Below, in pieces: positions 1 through 10,425 of a stretch of DNA of 64,000 nucleotides. The first letter of the stretch is position 1. The number at the start of each line of letters is the position of its first letter. The DNA is taken from NCBI GenBank assembly GCA_963828735.1, contig CAWHFW010000002.1, forward strand, positions 736,001 through 800,000, written 5' to 3'. The notes below the pieces were generated by a model. The model did no database searches. It saw only the letters and a list, made by a program, of their open reading frames with translations, and had not been told where the DNA came from. The translations under genes and the position numbers were made by a program. The DNA is from an uncultured Gemmatimonadales bacterium (lineage in GTDB: Bacteria > Gemmatimonadota > Gemmatimonadetes > Gemmatimonadales > GWC2-71-9).

Positions 1-868
1 GTGTGATCGCTGCCCTAAACGACCCGACGCCGTAGCCCATCATCGGTCTTCGCGCGAACGCGTGAACACCCGCCCTCCAGAGCCTGAATCGTCCCCCGAA
101 ATCGACATTCTCCACCGACGATCCGGTCGTGCCGAGTCGCTGTGCGACCTTGTCGGGCAGGTACACCACCACGAGGGTGGCGGACACGGCCAGCAGTCCG
201 ATCGCGGCAGCGAGCCTGCCAGGCGACAGCACCATCGTGAGGGGGATGATCGAGAGCGCAACGATCCACGCCAACATACCTCCGCGGGAGCCCGTGAGCG
301 CCGAAGCCAGCAGGCCGATCGGCAGATAGGCACGCAACAGGGTCCGAACCAGGGGTCGCTGCGTGGTCATGGCGAGGTACCACGCCATCGGCATTGCGAG
401 CGCCAGGGTCATCGCGAGGCTGTTGGCGTCCGCACCCCCCGCGGAGAACCGCCGCAGCGAACCGCCCACCTTCGCGTACAGCATGATCGTGGCGATGGCG
501 GGGACCGTGGCGCCCATCACGTACGCCATCAGGAGCCCGCGCAGCCGTTGCGGCGTCGGCGCGAGCTCCCAGATCATCCAGACCACCGCGAAGAGCTGGA
601 TGAACGTGAAGTACTTCAGCGGGATCGTCGTGCCGCCCTGGACGAACCACACCTCGAAACCGGCCCACAGCATGAACAGCAGCCCCGCGATCTGGAAGAG
701 ACGCCACCGCCGGACCCGTCCCGAGACGACAATGGCGAAGATCGCGAGCCCGAGGGCCAGCCCACCGGTCAACTTGGTGACGATGTTGACGCCCGGCAGA
801 GCGATGAGCCTGTCCCATGGCACCGCGAAAACGAAAATCCACAGCGCGCGATAGGCGATGGTTGTCAT
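1..868 (-). CDS. O-antigen ligase / Wzy-like polymerase family membrane protein (3' end runs off the window)
   Basis: Not in the ORF track; translated by hand from ATG at 868: MTTIAYRALWIFVFAVPWD...DANSLAMTLALAMP...ALTGSRGGMLAW...RFRLWRAGVHAFARRPMMGYGVGSF. The TxSRGG and R..LW...P..GYG.G.F motifs are typical of the Wzy_C/O-antigen ligase family; many hydrophobic segments. Confidence 0.8.
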   Translation of the reverse strand, partial: MTTIAYRALWIFVFAVPWDRLIALPGVNIVTKLTGGLALGLAIFAIVVSGRVRRWRLFQIAGLLFMLWAGFEVWFVQGGTTIPLKYFTFIQLFAVVWMIWELAPTPQRLRGLLMAYVMGATVPAIATIMLYAKVGGSLRRFSAGGADANSLAMTLALAMPMAWYLAMTTQRPLVRTLLRAYLPIGLLASALTGSRGGMLAWIVALSIIPLTMVLSPGRLAAAIGLLAVSATLVVVYLPDKVAQRLGTTGSSVENVDFGGRFRLWRAGVHAFARRPMMGYGVGSFRAAIT

Positions 869-914
869 ACACGCGCTCCCGGCCGTGGGCGAACCGAGCG
901 ACGTCGGGCGTTCG

Positions 915-2543
915 TCACTTCGAGCTCCCTCCGCCGACGCCGGCCATTTCCCCCTCCTCGACAGACGCGGCGCGAGCGCCTCGACGAGCGCCACGCGACA
1001 CCAGTTCCTTGGCCTGACGCTGCGCCCATATGCCATGCGGCCCCAGGAACACCGCGGGGTACAGCCAAGCCGCCGCTGCGGTGGCGGCCAACGCTGCCAG
1101 CGCCGCGACGAGGAGGACCGGGATGTGGCCCAGATGGGCCCAGCGGCCGGCTTCCGCGCCCACCTCCGCGGCGACCCCGATGAGCACGGCCAGGAGCATG
1201 CCGGGCGTGTGCGCCACGAGGAAGCGCACCCACGTGAGGCCCGTCACCGAGCGGCCCAAGTAGGCGGTATTGAGCCAGTCGCACGCCATCGCGAAGGACA
1301 CGCAGATGGCGACGCCGCCGACGCCCCAGCGCTGTCCGATGATCGCTCCGCCGACCACCAGGCCCGCGTAGACGAACTGGAAAAGGGCCAGGGCGTAGAC
1401 CTGGCCGGTCGCCTTGATGCAGGCCTGGCTGATCTTGCTGCCCATCCGGAAGAGCAGGCTGATCGTGAACAGGCGGAAGGGCAGCACGACCTCTCCCCAG
1501 GCGGGCCCGAGCACGATCGGGATGAACTCCGGCGCGACCACCCAGAGGAACGCGCTGGTCGGAAGCGACACCAGGGCGACGACCGCGACGGCGCGCTCGT
1601 AGGCGTTGACGAGGCGGTGACGCTCGTTCTGCACCTGGGCCATTACCGGGAACAGCACCCGGTTCACGATTCGGCCGAACACGGTGGCGGGCATCACCAT
1701 CAGGTTGTAGGCGCGTCCGTAGATCCCGAGGGGCGCCGGGCCCAGCCAACGGCCGACGACCATGTTGTCGCCCTGCTGGGAGAGCAGTGTGCCGATCTGG
1801 GCCATCGAATGCCCGGCGCCGAAGCTCAGCAGTCCCTTTCCCGCCCGGAGATCGAGACTGGGCCGGAGGGTGTGCCGGACGGCGAGATACATGGCGAGCG
1901 TCCGGAGGGACAGCTGCGCGAGGTTCGCGATCACCAGCGCCCAGACCCCGAATCCGAGCCATGCCAGCACCACGGCCACGCAGGCGTACCCGACGATGAA
2001 GCTGCCGACGTCCAGGGCGATGAACAGCCGGAAACGCAGCTGTCGGGTGAGGAGGGACTTCGCGACCGTGTTGAGCCCGTCGAGCGGGAAGAGGAAGGCG
2101 ACGGCGCGAAGAATCGGCTCGAGCTCGGGGATGTGATACGCCTTCGCGATCGCCGGCGCACCGAAGAACACCGCCGCCCCCAGGAGGCCGCCAAGGACCA
2201 TCGACAGCGTCACCGCCACGCGGATGTGAACGGTCTCCAGCTTCTTCCGCTGAATGATCGCGGGTCCGACGCCGATCTGGGACACGATCTGCGAGAAGGC
2301 GACGACCACGCTCGCGGCCGACATCAAGCCGAACTCGGTGGGCGTGAGCAGGCGTCCCAGCGCCATGATGGCGACGAGCTGCACGGCCGCCTGGACCCCG
2401 GTACCCGAGAACGTCCAGAACATCCCGCCGAGGGCGCGGCCGGTGAGCCCGGGGCGGGCGCCGGCAGTCGGCCGATTCGGCCGTGGAGGCGGCTCGCCCG
2501 GCCCCTTCGTGTCGAGGTCGTCCATGCCGCTGTCCGAAGTCAT
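915..2543 (-). CDS. wzx: Wzx-type polysaccharide flippase (WzxC/PST family)
   Basis: LGRLLTPTEFGL, GVGPAIIQ, QQGDNMVVGRWLGPAPLGIYGRAYNL; many TM segments; EPS context. Confidence 0.85.
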   Translation of the reverse strand: MTSDSGMDDLDTKGPGEPPPRPNRPTAGARPGLTGRALGGMFWTFSGTGVQAAVQLVAIMALGRLLTPTEFGLMSAASVVVAFSQIVSQIGVGPAIIQRKKLETVHIRVAVTLSMVLGGLLGAAVFFGAPAIAKAYHIPELEPILRAVAFLFPLDGLNTVAKSLLTRQLRFRLFIALDVGSFIVGYACVAVVLAWLGFGVWALVIANLAQLSLRTLAMYLAVRHTLRPSLDLRAGKGLLSFGAGHSMAQIGTLLSQQGDNMVVGRWLGPAPLGIYGRAYNLMVMPATVFGRIVNRVLFPVMAQVQNERHRLVNAYERAVAVVALVSLPTSAFLWVVAPEFIPIVLGPAWGEVVLPFRLFTISLLFRMGSKISQACIKATGQVYALALFQFVYAGLVVGGAIIGQRWGVGGVAICVSFAMACDWLNTAYLGRSVTGLTWVRFLVAHTPGMLLAVLIGVAAEVGAEAGRWAHLGHIPVLLVAALAALAATAAAAWLYPAVFLGPHGIWAQRQAKELVSRGARRGARAASVEEGEMAGVGGGSSK

Positions 2544-2619
2544 CGACCATTCCTCGTCTGAACCGGCGTCATGGCTGGAATCATGAAGGTGGCGTGGAGG
2601 TGGGTGTCGGGTGCGGCGC

Positions 2620-3540
2620 TCAGCGCGTCACGGACCTGGGGACGTCCTCGCCCAGGCGAGACACCTCGTAGCCGTAGCGCACCAGGTCCTCGTGCAGGAG
2701 CCCGTCGAGGATTCGCTGTTGGGCGACGGTGAGACCGTCCCGCCACCGCTCGTTCGTATTCCTGATCGGGGCGGCGGCGATTTCCCGCTCGAATGCCGGC
2801 GGGCTCGGCAGCTCCGAGAATTCGAGGACCTGGCGAACGGTCTCCAGCGGGCGCTCGCAGAAGGCCTCGTACTTGATCTCGAGAAACTGCGACGGATCCA
2901 GCGCTCGCCGCGCGGCCTCCATTGCCCGCATCTGAATGCGCCACTCGATGGCCGCCAGCGCCACGAACGAACGGTCGTAACTCTCCCAGGCCGCGAGATC
3001 CTCCGCCGACAACTGCCCGGCCCTCCAGCCCTGCGGCCCCCGCCATCCGCGCCAAAAATCGACGTGCAGCAGCGAGTTGGCCACCGCGCGGCCGTCGCGG
3101 ACCAGATGAATGAACTTCGCGTCCTCGAAGATCTCGTTGAGATAGCCCAGGCGTGGCCAGCCCGTGATCTTGATCAAGAGACGATGGCGGGAGGCCGTCA
3201 GCATCGACTCCATCACGCCCCGGACCTGCTTCTTCACCCGGGTGGTGACGTCGGCGCGAACCAGATCGCGGCAAGGCTCGGAAAAGCCGAACGCATGCCG
3301 ATCCCAGAAGTCGTAGCACTCCCCCGGCTGGATCTTCCAGCCGAGGAAGCGGCGCAGCAGCGGGTTGCCCATCGCCTCGACCGCACGCCGGTTCCATTCG
3401 GGCCGCGTGGGGTAGTGATCGCAGAATCCCGAGAGCCACATCACACCGGGATGCTTGGCCAAGAGCCGGTGAAACACGGTCGAGCCGCACCGCCCGGTCC
3501 CCACGATGATGATGGGCTTGGTGAGCTTCGTCGTCGTCAC
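2620..3540 (-). CDS. sulfotransferase family protein
   Basis: PAPS-binding loop PIIIVGTGRCGSTV and 3'-phosphate motif KFIHLVRDGRAVANS; GTG start at 3540 overlaps the upstream stop (GTGA). Confidence 0.88.
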   Translation of the reverse strand: MTTTKLTKPIIIVGTGRCGSTVFHRLLAKHPGVMWLSGFCDHYPTRPEWNRRAVEAMGNPLLRRFLGWKIQPGECYDFWDRHAFGFSEPCRDLVRADVTTRVKKQVRGVMESMLTASRHRLLIKITGWPRLGYLNEIFEDAKFIHLVRDGRAVANSLLHVDFWRGWRGPQGWRAGQLSAEDLAAWESYDRSFVALAAIEWRIQMRAMEAARRALDPSQFLEIKYEAFCERPLETVRQVLEFSELPSPPAFEREIAAAPIRNTNERWRDGLTVAQQRILDGLLHEDLVRYGYEVSRLGEDVPRSVTR

Positions 3541-4544
3541 GCCGGCACCCGGGGGGCGTGGGGGGATTTGGCGCGGTCTTCGACCGCGCCGTCCGGCCAA
3601 CGGAACCCCAGCGTCCGGCTGACGGGTCCCGTGATCCGGGTGATGACCTCCAGCTCGCCCGGGCTGAGACGCGTTTGCCACGAGAGGTCTTCACGAATCT
3701 CGTTCAGGGCCTTCAACCGCATCGGATTCCCGATGACGTGCCGATTGCCGTCACGAGGGTTCAGGTTCAGCGTGGCCGGTCCGACGCCCAGGAACGCGGA
3801 GATGCGGTCGAGCGTGGCGCCGGGGTCGGCACACAGCTCCTCGTAGTGCAGCATCATCCAGGACTCTGGCGGAAGGTATCGCCGAACCCGTGCCGCCTCC
3901 CTGTTGTAGTGCGTCCACTGGCGGGCCGCCGTCGCTGCATCCAGGCCCGCGTGCTTCATGATGCTCGCCGAATTCCCGCGCGCATCCCGGACGAGATGGA
4001 TGACCTTGACGTCGAGGCGCGGATGCCGCACCAGATACTTGGGGCGCTGGTGATCCCGCGCCGTGTCCACGAAGACGCGCTTCCCGGTCCGCTCGAGTAC
4101 GGCCGTGGCCAGGCTCCAGGTATTCCAGCCGGCCTGCTCGATGGCGCGACGGACGGGCCCTACCTTGTCCACCAGGGCATCCCGAACGGCGTTCACGCGA
4201 TCGGAACCGAGCGAACGAACGAGCAGCGCGTTGATCGCGCGGTTGTGGGACAGCCGGAGCTGCGTGTTCCAGAAGTTGGTCCGAAAGACGCTCACCGGGT
4301 GGCCGAGCGCCGCCGTCCTGGCCTCGATCTGCCTCCAGAACTCACACTCCCGGAACAGGGCTCCGCACGAGCACGCGTAGGTCACCAGGTCGGTCTTCTT
4401 GATCAGACCGGTCGCCGCGCCGATCGACGCACATTCCGGGTGCCGGTCGAGCAGCAAGCCCAACAGGGTCGATCCCGTGAACGGACTACCGGGCATGCAG
4501 ACGTAGGAAATACGCCGCGCGTCAGGCCCTGCTGCGTCGGTCAC
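3537..4544 (-). CDS. sulfotransferase family protein
   Basis: GSPFTGSTLL, VIHLVRDARG, LHYEELCADP, HVIGNPMR; Cys cluster CSCGALFRECEFW; GTG start chosen at 4544. Confidence 0.85.
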   Translation of the reverse strand: MTDAAGPDARRISYVCMPGSPFTGSTLLGLLLDRHPECASIGAATGLIKKTDLVTYACSCGALFRECEFWRQIEARTAALGHPVSVFRTNFWNTQLRLSHNRAINALLVRSLGSDRVNAVRDALVDKVGPVRRAIEQAGWNTWSLATAVLERTGKRVFVDTARDHQRPKYLVRHPRLDVKVIHLVRDARGNSASIMKHAGLDAATAARQWTHYNREAARVRRYLPPESWMMLHYEELCADPGATLDRISAFLGVGPATLNLNPRDGNRHVIGNPMRLKALNEIREDLSWQTRLSPGELEVITRITGPVSRTLGFRWPDGAVEDRAKSPHAPRVPA

Positions 4545-4650
4545 AAAAGCCAAGTGCGGGGATCCTTCCCAAAGTTGAGTGCACCGCCGAAATCGCCTGG
4601 GAGGAGCCCCCCACCTCTCGGCCCGGCGGGGGCCCATCCACGGCGGCGCA

Positions 4651-4667
4651 AGCACGATCTATGCCCC
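4651..4667 (-). promoter_or_regulatory. candidate sigma-54 promoter (-24/-12)
   Basis: Minus strand reads GGGGCATAGATCGTGCT = GG-N10-GC with GGCA at -24; about 105 bp upstream of the sulfotransferase-wzx-wzy run. Confidence 0.5.
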
Positions 4668-4739
4668 GGGGGCGTATCAAGATAACCCTCCCCCCACCCC
4701 AGCCCGGAGCGCGATGCCGGAGACACCGTGTTGGCCTGA

Positions 4740-4757
4740 TGTTGCGCGCCTGCAACA
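4740..4757. promoter_or_regulatory. candidate enhancer (bEBP binding) palindrome
   Basis: TGTTGCGCGCCTGCAACA (TGTTGC-N6-GCAACA), about 75-90 bp upstream of the sigma-54-like site; a near-copy lies at 22041-22058. Confidence 0.45.
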
Positions 4758-4819
4758 GGGTGCGACCTCAGGCCGGGACTTGCCGACCGGTGAGCCGTCG
4801 AAGCCGGTGGCTTGTCAGG

Positions 4820-5695
4820 CTATAGCCAATCGTCGAGACTCCGGCCGATGAGGTCGGAGGTTCGCAGGATGTCGTCCCGAAACTGGGCCGTCAGCTCGGC
4901 CCTGAGATCCTTGGGGAGACTGGGGAGGGGACGCATGGTCCGCGTGCGAAGTCGTCGAACCCAGTTGATCACCCGCTTCGGCATCCACGGCTCCAGGGCG
5001 GAGCGCACCGCGGAGCTCGTGAACACCTTCTCGAGCACGGGGCTCGCCGGGTCGCCGCCCACGTTGTGCGGGGTATCGAAGTCGGGCGAGAACGAAGGAT
5101 CCACTCCGATGAACCGATACAACTCCTGGACGGCCCCTACGGCATTTCGCTTGAGATCGCCCGTGAGCATGACATGGAGCTGCGGCCGCGGAAAACGCTC
5201 GTAGTACCGCAGGAGCTGGGGGTGGTATCGACCCAGCTGCATCCAGCGGGAGTCCGGCCGGGCCCAGTCCGCCGTGCGGCTCAGGTCGCGCGCCGGATCG
5301 AAGGGGCGGTTGCGTCGCCTGATGTACATCAGGTAGTCCGAGAACGCCCGGTCGACCGGGTGCCGAAGGGTGCAGACGAGCCTCACGTCGGGAATCAGGC
5401 TTCGGATCCGGTCGGCGGACTGCGGACATTCGAGGTAGATGGGCGATGCTTCGCCGATCGCGACCGCCCCCGACGCGTCCGAGAACAGCGCCTCGTATTC
5501 GGGCAGGGTCGTGATCGGGAACCGGTGGACATCCGGATCACCGTACAGGAGGTTCCCCAACGCGTCGCGTCCGTACGCGAAATAAAAGGTCTCCTTCACC
5601 GGGCTCATGAACACGGAAGGGTGCTCGGCGCAATACCAGTACAGGGCCGTGGTGCCGGCCTTCGCCGCCCCGATGATGATGAACGTCGGCAGCAT
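4820..5695 (-). CDS. sulfotransferase (heparan-sulfate sulfotransferase-like domain)
   Basis: MLPTFIIIGAAKAGTTAL, HP..F.S..KE..YF, GEASPIY, LRHPVDRAFS; SD GGAGGAG upstream. Confidence 0.9.
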   Translation of the reverse strand: MLPTFIIIGAAKAGTTALYWYCAEHPSVFMSPVKETFYFAYGRDALGNLLYGDPDVHRFPITTLPEYEALFSDASGAVAIGEASPIYLECPQSADRIRSLIPDVRLVCTLRHPVDRAFSDYLMYIRRRNRPFDPARDLSRTADWARPDSRWMQLGRYHPQLLRYYERFPRPQLHVMLTGDLKRNAVGAVQELYRFIGVDPSFSPDFDTPHNVGGDPASPVLEKVFTSSAVRSALEPWMPKRVINWVRRLRTRTMRPLPSLPKDLRAELTAQFRDDILRTSDLIGRSLDDWL

Positions 5696-5985
5696 CAAGA
5701 CTCCTCCAACGCTAGAAACACGCGCGTGGCCGCGGGCGAATGGCGCACCGCTCACCGCTCGCCCTCTTGCTGCCCCGCCAACCCGGCTCGTTTATATTCA
5801 TTCCCGTCCTCGTCGCTCTTACCCCTCGCTCCAGCTCGTTTCGAGCTCGCGGCAGCCATTGCCAGTCCGGTGGTGGCCAGGTATCCGCGGCGACCCGGCG
5901 GCAGGCAGGGGCTCCGAGTGCGACAGGGTATCCGCCCGTCTCCCGACGGAACTCGTGCATGGCGGCGAGAGAGTGAGGCACCATA

Positions 5986-6423
5986 GTGCGCAACAAGACG
6001 GCGATCTCCCTCTTCATCCTGCTCGTCCTCGCCCTGCATGCCGTCCCGGTGCTGTCCTACCAGGGCGTCCGGCAGACCCGCTGGCCGTTCTTGGCCTGGG
6101 CGATGTACGCAAAGTCCTATCCGCCGGGCCCGATCGTCGCCGCGATCCGCAAGGTCTTCGCGACCTCGGCGCTCGGCAAACACCAGGAAGTGACCCCACG
6201 GGTCGTGGGACTGAGCGGACCCGCCTTTCGGAACACGTACATGGTGCCGCTGGAGCGTGACGATACGATGGCGGCCAGGAAACTCATGGGCCGGCTCAAT
6301 CGCGAACGGCGGGACTCCGTCGTGCAGCTCCGGCTGGAGCTGACGCAATATAGACTCGTCGATAGCGGAGTCGCCGTGGACTCGGCGTCCGCCAAGGTCT
6401 TTCCACCCTCCTCCGACCGTTGA
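5986..6423 (+). CDS. hypothetical membrane-anchored protein, partner of the HTTM protein
   Basis: N-terminal hydrophobic helix then RWPFLAWAMYA; its stop overlaps the start of the next gene. Confidence 0.7.
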   Translation: MRNKTAISLFILLVLALHAVPVLSYQGVRQTRWPFLAWAMYAKSYPPGPIVAAIRKVFATSALGKHQEVTPRVVGLSGPAFRNTYMVPLERDDTMAARKLMGRLNRERRDSVVQLRLELTQYRLVDSGVAVDSASAKVFPPSSDR

Positions 6424-7412
6424 GCACACCCCTACCATCGATGCAGCGGCTCATCACCTGGTGGAATGCGTATTGGTTTCCACCCTCCTCGACTCTGAAC
6501 CTGGCCGGCGCCCGAATCGTCGCCCTGGCTGTTGCGATGGTCGTCTCGTTCCCTTCCCTCGGGTACAACATCGGTTTGGCCGTCAAGAACTCGGATTTCG
6601 TCGATCCGCAGCCGTTGATCCGCGCGATCGCTGCCTTCGTTCCGCGGCACGTACTGTTCACGGCCGACGGTCTGACCGCGGTGTACCGGGTCAGCATGAT
6701 CGCTGGCGCGATGGCGCTCGTCGGCCTGTTCACGCGGACCGCGCTCTTCGTGTTCGCGCTCGGGTTCACCTTCTTCGTGAGTCACGTCTATTCCTACGCG
6801 GACGTGCACCACCGGGAGGCACTGCTCGTCTTTTTCCTGTTTTCCCTCGCGCTCGCGCCAGCAGGAGACAGCCTGTCGGTGGACGCCCTCCTCCGGCGTC
6901 GGCGGGCCCGACAACAGGGCCAGACGGTCGACGGCGTACACGTACTGGACACCGCCATGTGGCCGCTCAAGTTCATCCATGTGCTCCTGTCGATCACCTA
7001 CTTCTCGACCGGCATCACCAAGGTGATCGCGGGCGGCCTGCGCTGGATGAACGGCTACACGCTCCAGAACTACATCTTCATCACCGGCATCAATCGCGAG
7101 ATCCCCCTGGGCGTGTGGATGGCTGAGCACCACACCCTGTGCATCCTGCTCAGCGTGGGCACGTTGGTGTTCGAGCTGTTCTATTTCGTCTCACTGTTCC
7201 TGCCCCGAATCGCCCCCCTGTTCTTCATCGGCGGCATCCTGTTCCACGTTTCGCTCTATCTGACGGCGGGACACCCGTTCTTCGAGCACATCCTTCTGAA
7301 CGCCATTCTCCTCCTGTTTCTCGATCGGGAATGGTTCCCCGCGCAAGTGCGCCGGGTGTCCCCGCGCGTTCTCCGGCTCTTCGGGCAGGAGCCGGCTCGT
7401 CACCCGGCCTGA
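6420..7412 (+). CDS. HTTM-domain (vitamin K carboxylase/SdpB-like) membrane protein
   Basis: Multi-TM protein with ALVGLFTR, LSVDALL and WPLKFIHVLLSITYFSTGITKV...W.NG..L, then TLVFEL and GILFH; matches the HTTM pattern. Alternative ATG at 6441. Confidence 0.7.
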   Translation: MSTPLPSMQRLITWWNAYWFPPSSTLNLAGARIVALAVAMVVSFPSLGYNIGLAVKNSDFVDPQPLIRAIAAFVPRHVLFTADGLTAVYRVSMIAGAMALVGLFTRTALFVFALGFTFFVSHVYSYADVHHREALLVFFLFSLALAPAGDSLSVDALLRRRRARQQGQTVDGVHVLDTAMWPLKFIHVLLSITYFSTGITKVIAGGLRWMNGYTLQNYIFITGINREIPLGVWMAEHHTLCILLSVGTLVFELFYFVSLFLPRIAPLFFIGGILFHVSLYLTAGHPFFEHILLNAILLLFLDREWFPAQVRRVSPRVLRLFGQEPARHPA

Positions 7413-7451
7413 CGCCTGACGGCCAACCGAACCTTTCTTCTTCGAGCTCCC

Positions 7452-8360
7452 ATGGTAGCTGCACGGCCTAATTTCTTCATCGTTGGCGCGCCGAAGTGCG
7501 GGACGACGGCACTCTACGAGTACCTGCGCCCGCACCCGCAAATCTTCCTGCCGAGGCTCAAGGAGCCGCACTTCTTCGCCAAGGACCTAGGCACGTACCC
7601 CGCCGTCAAGACGCCGGAGGCCTATGCGGCGCTCTTCGCCGACGCCACCGCCCGCCATCTCAGGGTGGGCGAGGCGTCGGTCTACTACCTGCGCTCGTCG
7701 ACGGCGATTCCCAACATCCGCGAGTACAATCCCGACGCCAAGCTCATCGCCATGTTCCGGAACCCGGTCGACATGGTCTACTCGTTCCACTCGCAATTGC
7801 TTTACGTGTCACAGGAGAACGTCCGCGACTTCGAGACCGCCTGGCGCTTGCAAGGCCGGCGCAGCCAGGGATTGGACCTGCCGCGCCGCTCCCGTGGGGG
7901 CTTCCTGCTGCAATACGAGGACATGGGACGATTCGGCACTCAGGCTCGGCGGTTGCTGGCCACCTTCCCGGCAGCGCAGGTGAAGATCATCCTGTTCGAT
8001 GACTTTTCCGCCACCCCGCAGCTGGTCTACGACGAGATCATCGACTTCTTGGAGCTTCCCCACGACGGCCGCGCCCAGTTTCCCCGCATCAACGAGAACA
8101 AGCGGGCCCGAATGGCGTGGCTCAGGAAGCTCATGGTGAACCCGCCGTACAAGGCGCGTAGCGCGTACCGAAGCTTCAAGCAGGCGGTGGGCGGAAAGCA
8201 CCTCGACGCGACGAAACAGTGGCTCATCGACCGCATCACCGTGCGCGAGCGCCGCCCGCCGCTCTCGCCCGAGTTCCGCGCCGAGCTCGTCGAGACCTTC
8301 CGGGAGGAGGTCGCCCTGCTGTCGCAGCTTCTGAATCGAGACCTGAGCCACTGGTCCTAG
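7452..8360 (+). CDS. sulfotransferase (heparan-sulfate sulfotransferase-like domain)
   Basis: PNFFIVGAPKCGTTAL, HPQIF...KEPHFF, GEASVYY, FRNPVDMVYS. Confidence 0.9.
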   Translation: MVAARPNFFIVGAPKCGTTALYEYLRPHPQIFLPRLKEPHFFAKDLGTYPAVKTPEAYAALFADATARHLRVGEASVYYLRSSTAIPNIREYNPDAKLIAMFRNPVDMVYSFHSQLLYVSQENVRDFETAWRLQGRRSQGLDLPRRSRGGFLLQYEDMGRFGTQARRLLATFPAAQVKIILFDDFSATPQLVYDEIIDFLELPHDGRAQFPRINENKRARMAWLRKLMVNPPYKARSAYRSFKQAVGGKHLDATKQWLIDRITVRERRPPLSPEFRAELVETFREEVALLSQLLNRDLSHWS

Positions 8361-8435
8361 CGCACTCGCTGCAGCCCGAACACCCTCCCAACGCGCGTCG
8401 CGCTTCACCCCCAGCTCCCCCCAAGGGAGCCCTGC

Positions 8436-9512
8436 TCAGGCCCCGAGCTCGGAGCCGCCCGCGAAGACCCTCGCGTTAGTCGGCGCGACGTACACGCGCT
8501 GGCCCTTGGTGACGGACAGCGGATCGAACTGGCTCCGCGGGAGGTGCGCCTCGATCGTCCGCCCGTCCGCGACGAGATCCAGCTCGACCCGGATCACCGG
8601 TCCGAACGTGCGCACGTGGCGGACGACCGCCTCCAGCGATCCCTCCACCAGCGGAGCCGGGTGGAGCTGGAGGTCGTGCGTGCGGACGTAGGCTACGGCG
8701 GCCTGATCGCGCGCCCCGACCCACTCCGGCGCCTCGAGCTCACCGGCGCCGATGCTCACCCGGCCGTGGTTGATGCGACCGTGGAACAGGTTGACATCGC
8801 CGAGGAACCCGTAGACGAACGGCGTCGCGGGTCGATCGTACACCTCCTCCGGCGTGCCGCTCTGCTCCACGCGGCCCTCGTTCATGATCACCACCCGGTC
8901 GGAGACCTCCAGCGCCTCCTCCTGGTCGTGCGTCACGAACACGCTGGTGACGTGCACCTCCTCGTGCAGCCGGCGCAGCCAGCGGCGCAGCTCCTTTCGA
9001 ACCTTCGCGTCGAGCGCGCCGAAGGGCTCGTCGAGCAGCAGCACCTTGGGCTTGACCGCCAGCGCGCGCGCCAGCGCGACCCGCTGCCGCTGGCCGCCCG
9101 ACAGCTCCGACGGCCGCCGCTTGGCGAGCACGTCGAGCTGCACCAGCTTGAGCAGGCCCATGACGGTGTCCCGGATCTCCGCCTCGGAGGGGCGGACGGG
9201 CTTCGGGCGGACCCGGAGCCCGAACGCGATGTTCTCGAACACGCTCATGTGCCGGAACAGGGCATAGTGCTGAAACACGAACCCGACCTGGCGCTCGCGC
9301 ACGGGCTGCGTGGTCGCGTCCTCGCCGTGGAAGTGGATCGTTCCCTGATCGGCGGGCTCCAGGCCCGCGATGATGCGGAGCAGCGTGGTCTTGCCCGAGC
9401 CCGAGGGGCCGAGCAGCGCGACCAGCTCGCCCCCGGGCACGTCCAGGCTCACGTCGTCGAGGGCCACGAAGCTGCCGAACGCCTTGCGCAGATGGCGGAC
9501 CTGGATGCTCAT
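8436..9512 (-). CDS. cysA: sulfate/thiosulfate ABC transporter ATP-binding protein
   Basis: [43 protein letters not shown] overlap with cysW. Confidence 0.93.
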   Translation of the reverse strand: MSIQVRHLRKAFGSFVALDDVSLDVPGGELVALLGPSGSGKTTLLRIIAGLEPADQGTIHFHGEDATTQPVRERQVGFVFQHYALFRHMSVFENIAFGLRVRPKPVRPSEAEIRDTVMGLLKLVQLDVLAKRRPSELSGGQRQRVALARALAVKPKVLLLDEPFGALDAKVRKELRRWLRRLHEEVHVTSVFVTHDQEEALEVSDRVVIMNEGRVEQSGTPEEVYDRPATPFVYGFLGDVNLFHGRINHGRVSIGAGELEAPEWVGARDQAAVAYVRTHDLQLHPAPLVEGSLEAVVRHVRTFGPVIRVELDLVADGRTIEAHLPRSQFDPLSVTKGQRVYVAPTNARVFAGGSELGA

Positions 9513-10423
9513 GCGGCGATCCTTTCCGTTGAGGTGATCTCGTCGGCGCGGTCCTCGACGGCCCGCCGCTGTTGCCACTCGACCAGGGTCTTGAGGGCGA
9601 GGGTCACGAACGCGAGCAGGGTGAGCACCGAGGCCACGGCGAAGCTCGCCGCGAAGGCGTACTCGTTGTAGAGGATCTCGACGTGCAGGGGCAATGTGTT
9701 GGTCTCGCCCCGGATGTGGCCGGACACGACCGATACGGCGCCGAATTCGCCCATTGCGCGGGCGTTGCAGAGGATGAGGCCGTAGAGCAGCCCCCACTTG
9801 ATGTTGGGCAGCGTGACCCGCCAGAACATCTGCCACCCGCCCGCCCCAAGCACGATCGCGGCTTCCTCTTCTTCCGTCCCCTGCTCCTGCATGAGCGGGA
9901 TGAGCTCTCGCGCGATGAAGGGCGCGGTCACGAACGTCGTGGCGAGCACCATGCCCGGCACCGCGAAGATGATCTTGACGTCGTGGTCGAACAACCACGT
10001 CCCGAACCAGCCGTGCAGGCCGAACAGCAGCACGAAGATCATGCCGGAGATGACCGGCGAAACGGCGAACGGCAGGTCGATCAGCGTGATCAGCAGATTC
10101 CTGCCGCGAAAGTCGAACTTGGAGATGCACCACGCCGCGGCGACGCCGAAGACCAGGTTGAGGGGCACGGCGATGCCGGCGATGAGGAGCGTCAGCTTCG
10201 CGGCACTCAGCGCATCGGGCTCGCGGATGGCGGCCAGATAGGCCGCCAGGCCCTTGGTCAGCGCCTCGTGGAAGACCAGGATCAGGGGCAGCACCAGCGT
10301 CAGGGCGAGAAAGGCCAGGGCGATGGCGGTGAGCGTCCAGCGCACCGCCCGCGTTTCGCCCGTCGCGCGGGTGATCTTTCGCGGCGCGGCAGTGGCCGGG
10401 CGGGCAGCGGCGATTGTCGCCAT
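9509..10423 (-). CDS. cysW: sulfate ABC transporter permease
   Basis: [53 protein letters not shown]. Confidence 0.93.
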   Translation of the reverse strand: MATIAAARPATAAPRKITRATGETRAVRWTLTAIALAFLALTLVLPLILVFHEALTKGLAAYLAAIREPDALSAAKLTLLIAGIAVPLNLVFGVAAAWCISKFDFRGRNLLITLIDLPFAVSPVISGMIFVLLFGLHGWFGTWLFDHDVKIIFAVPGMVLATTFVTAPFIARELIPLMQEQGTEEEEAAIVLGAGGWQMFWRVTLPNIKWGLLYGLILCNARAMGEFGAVSVVSGHIRGETNTLPLHVEILYNEYAFAASFAVASVLTLLAFVTLALKTLVEWQQRRAVEDRADEITSTERIAA

Positions 10424-10425
10424 GA

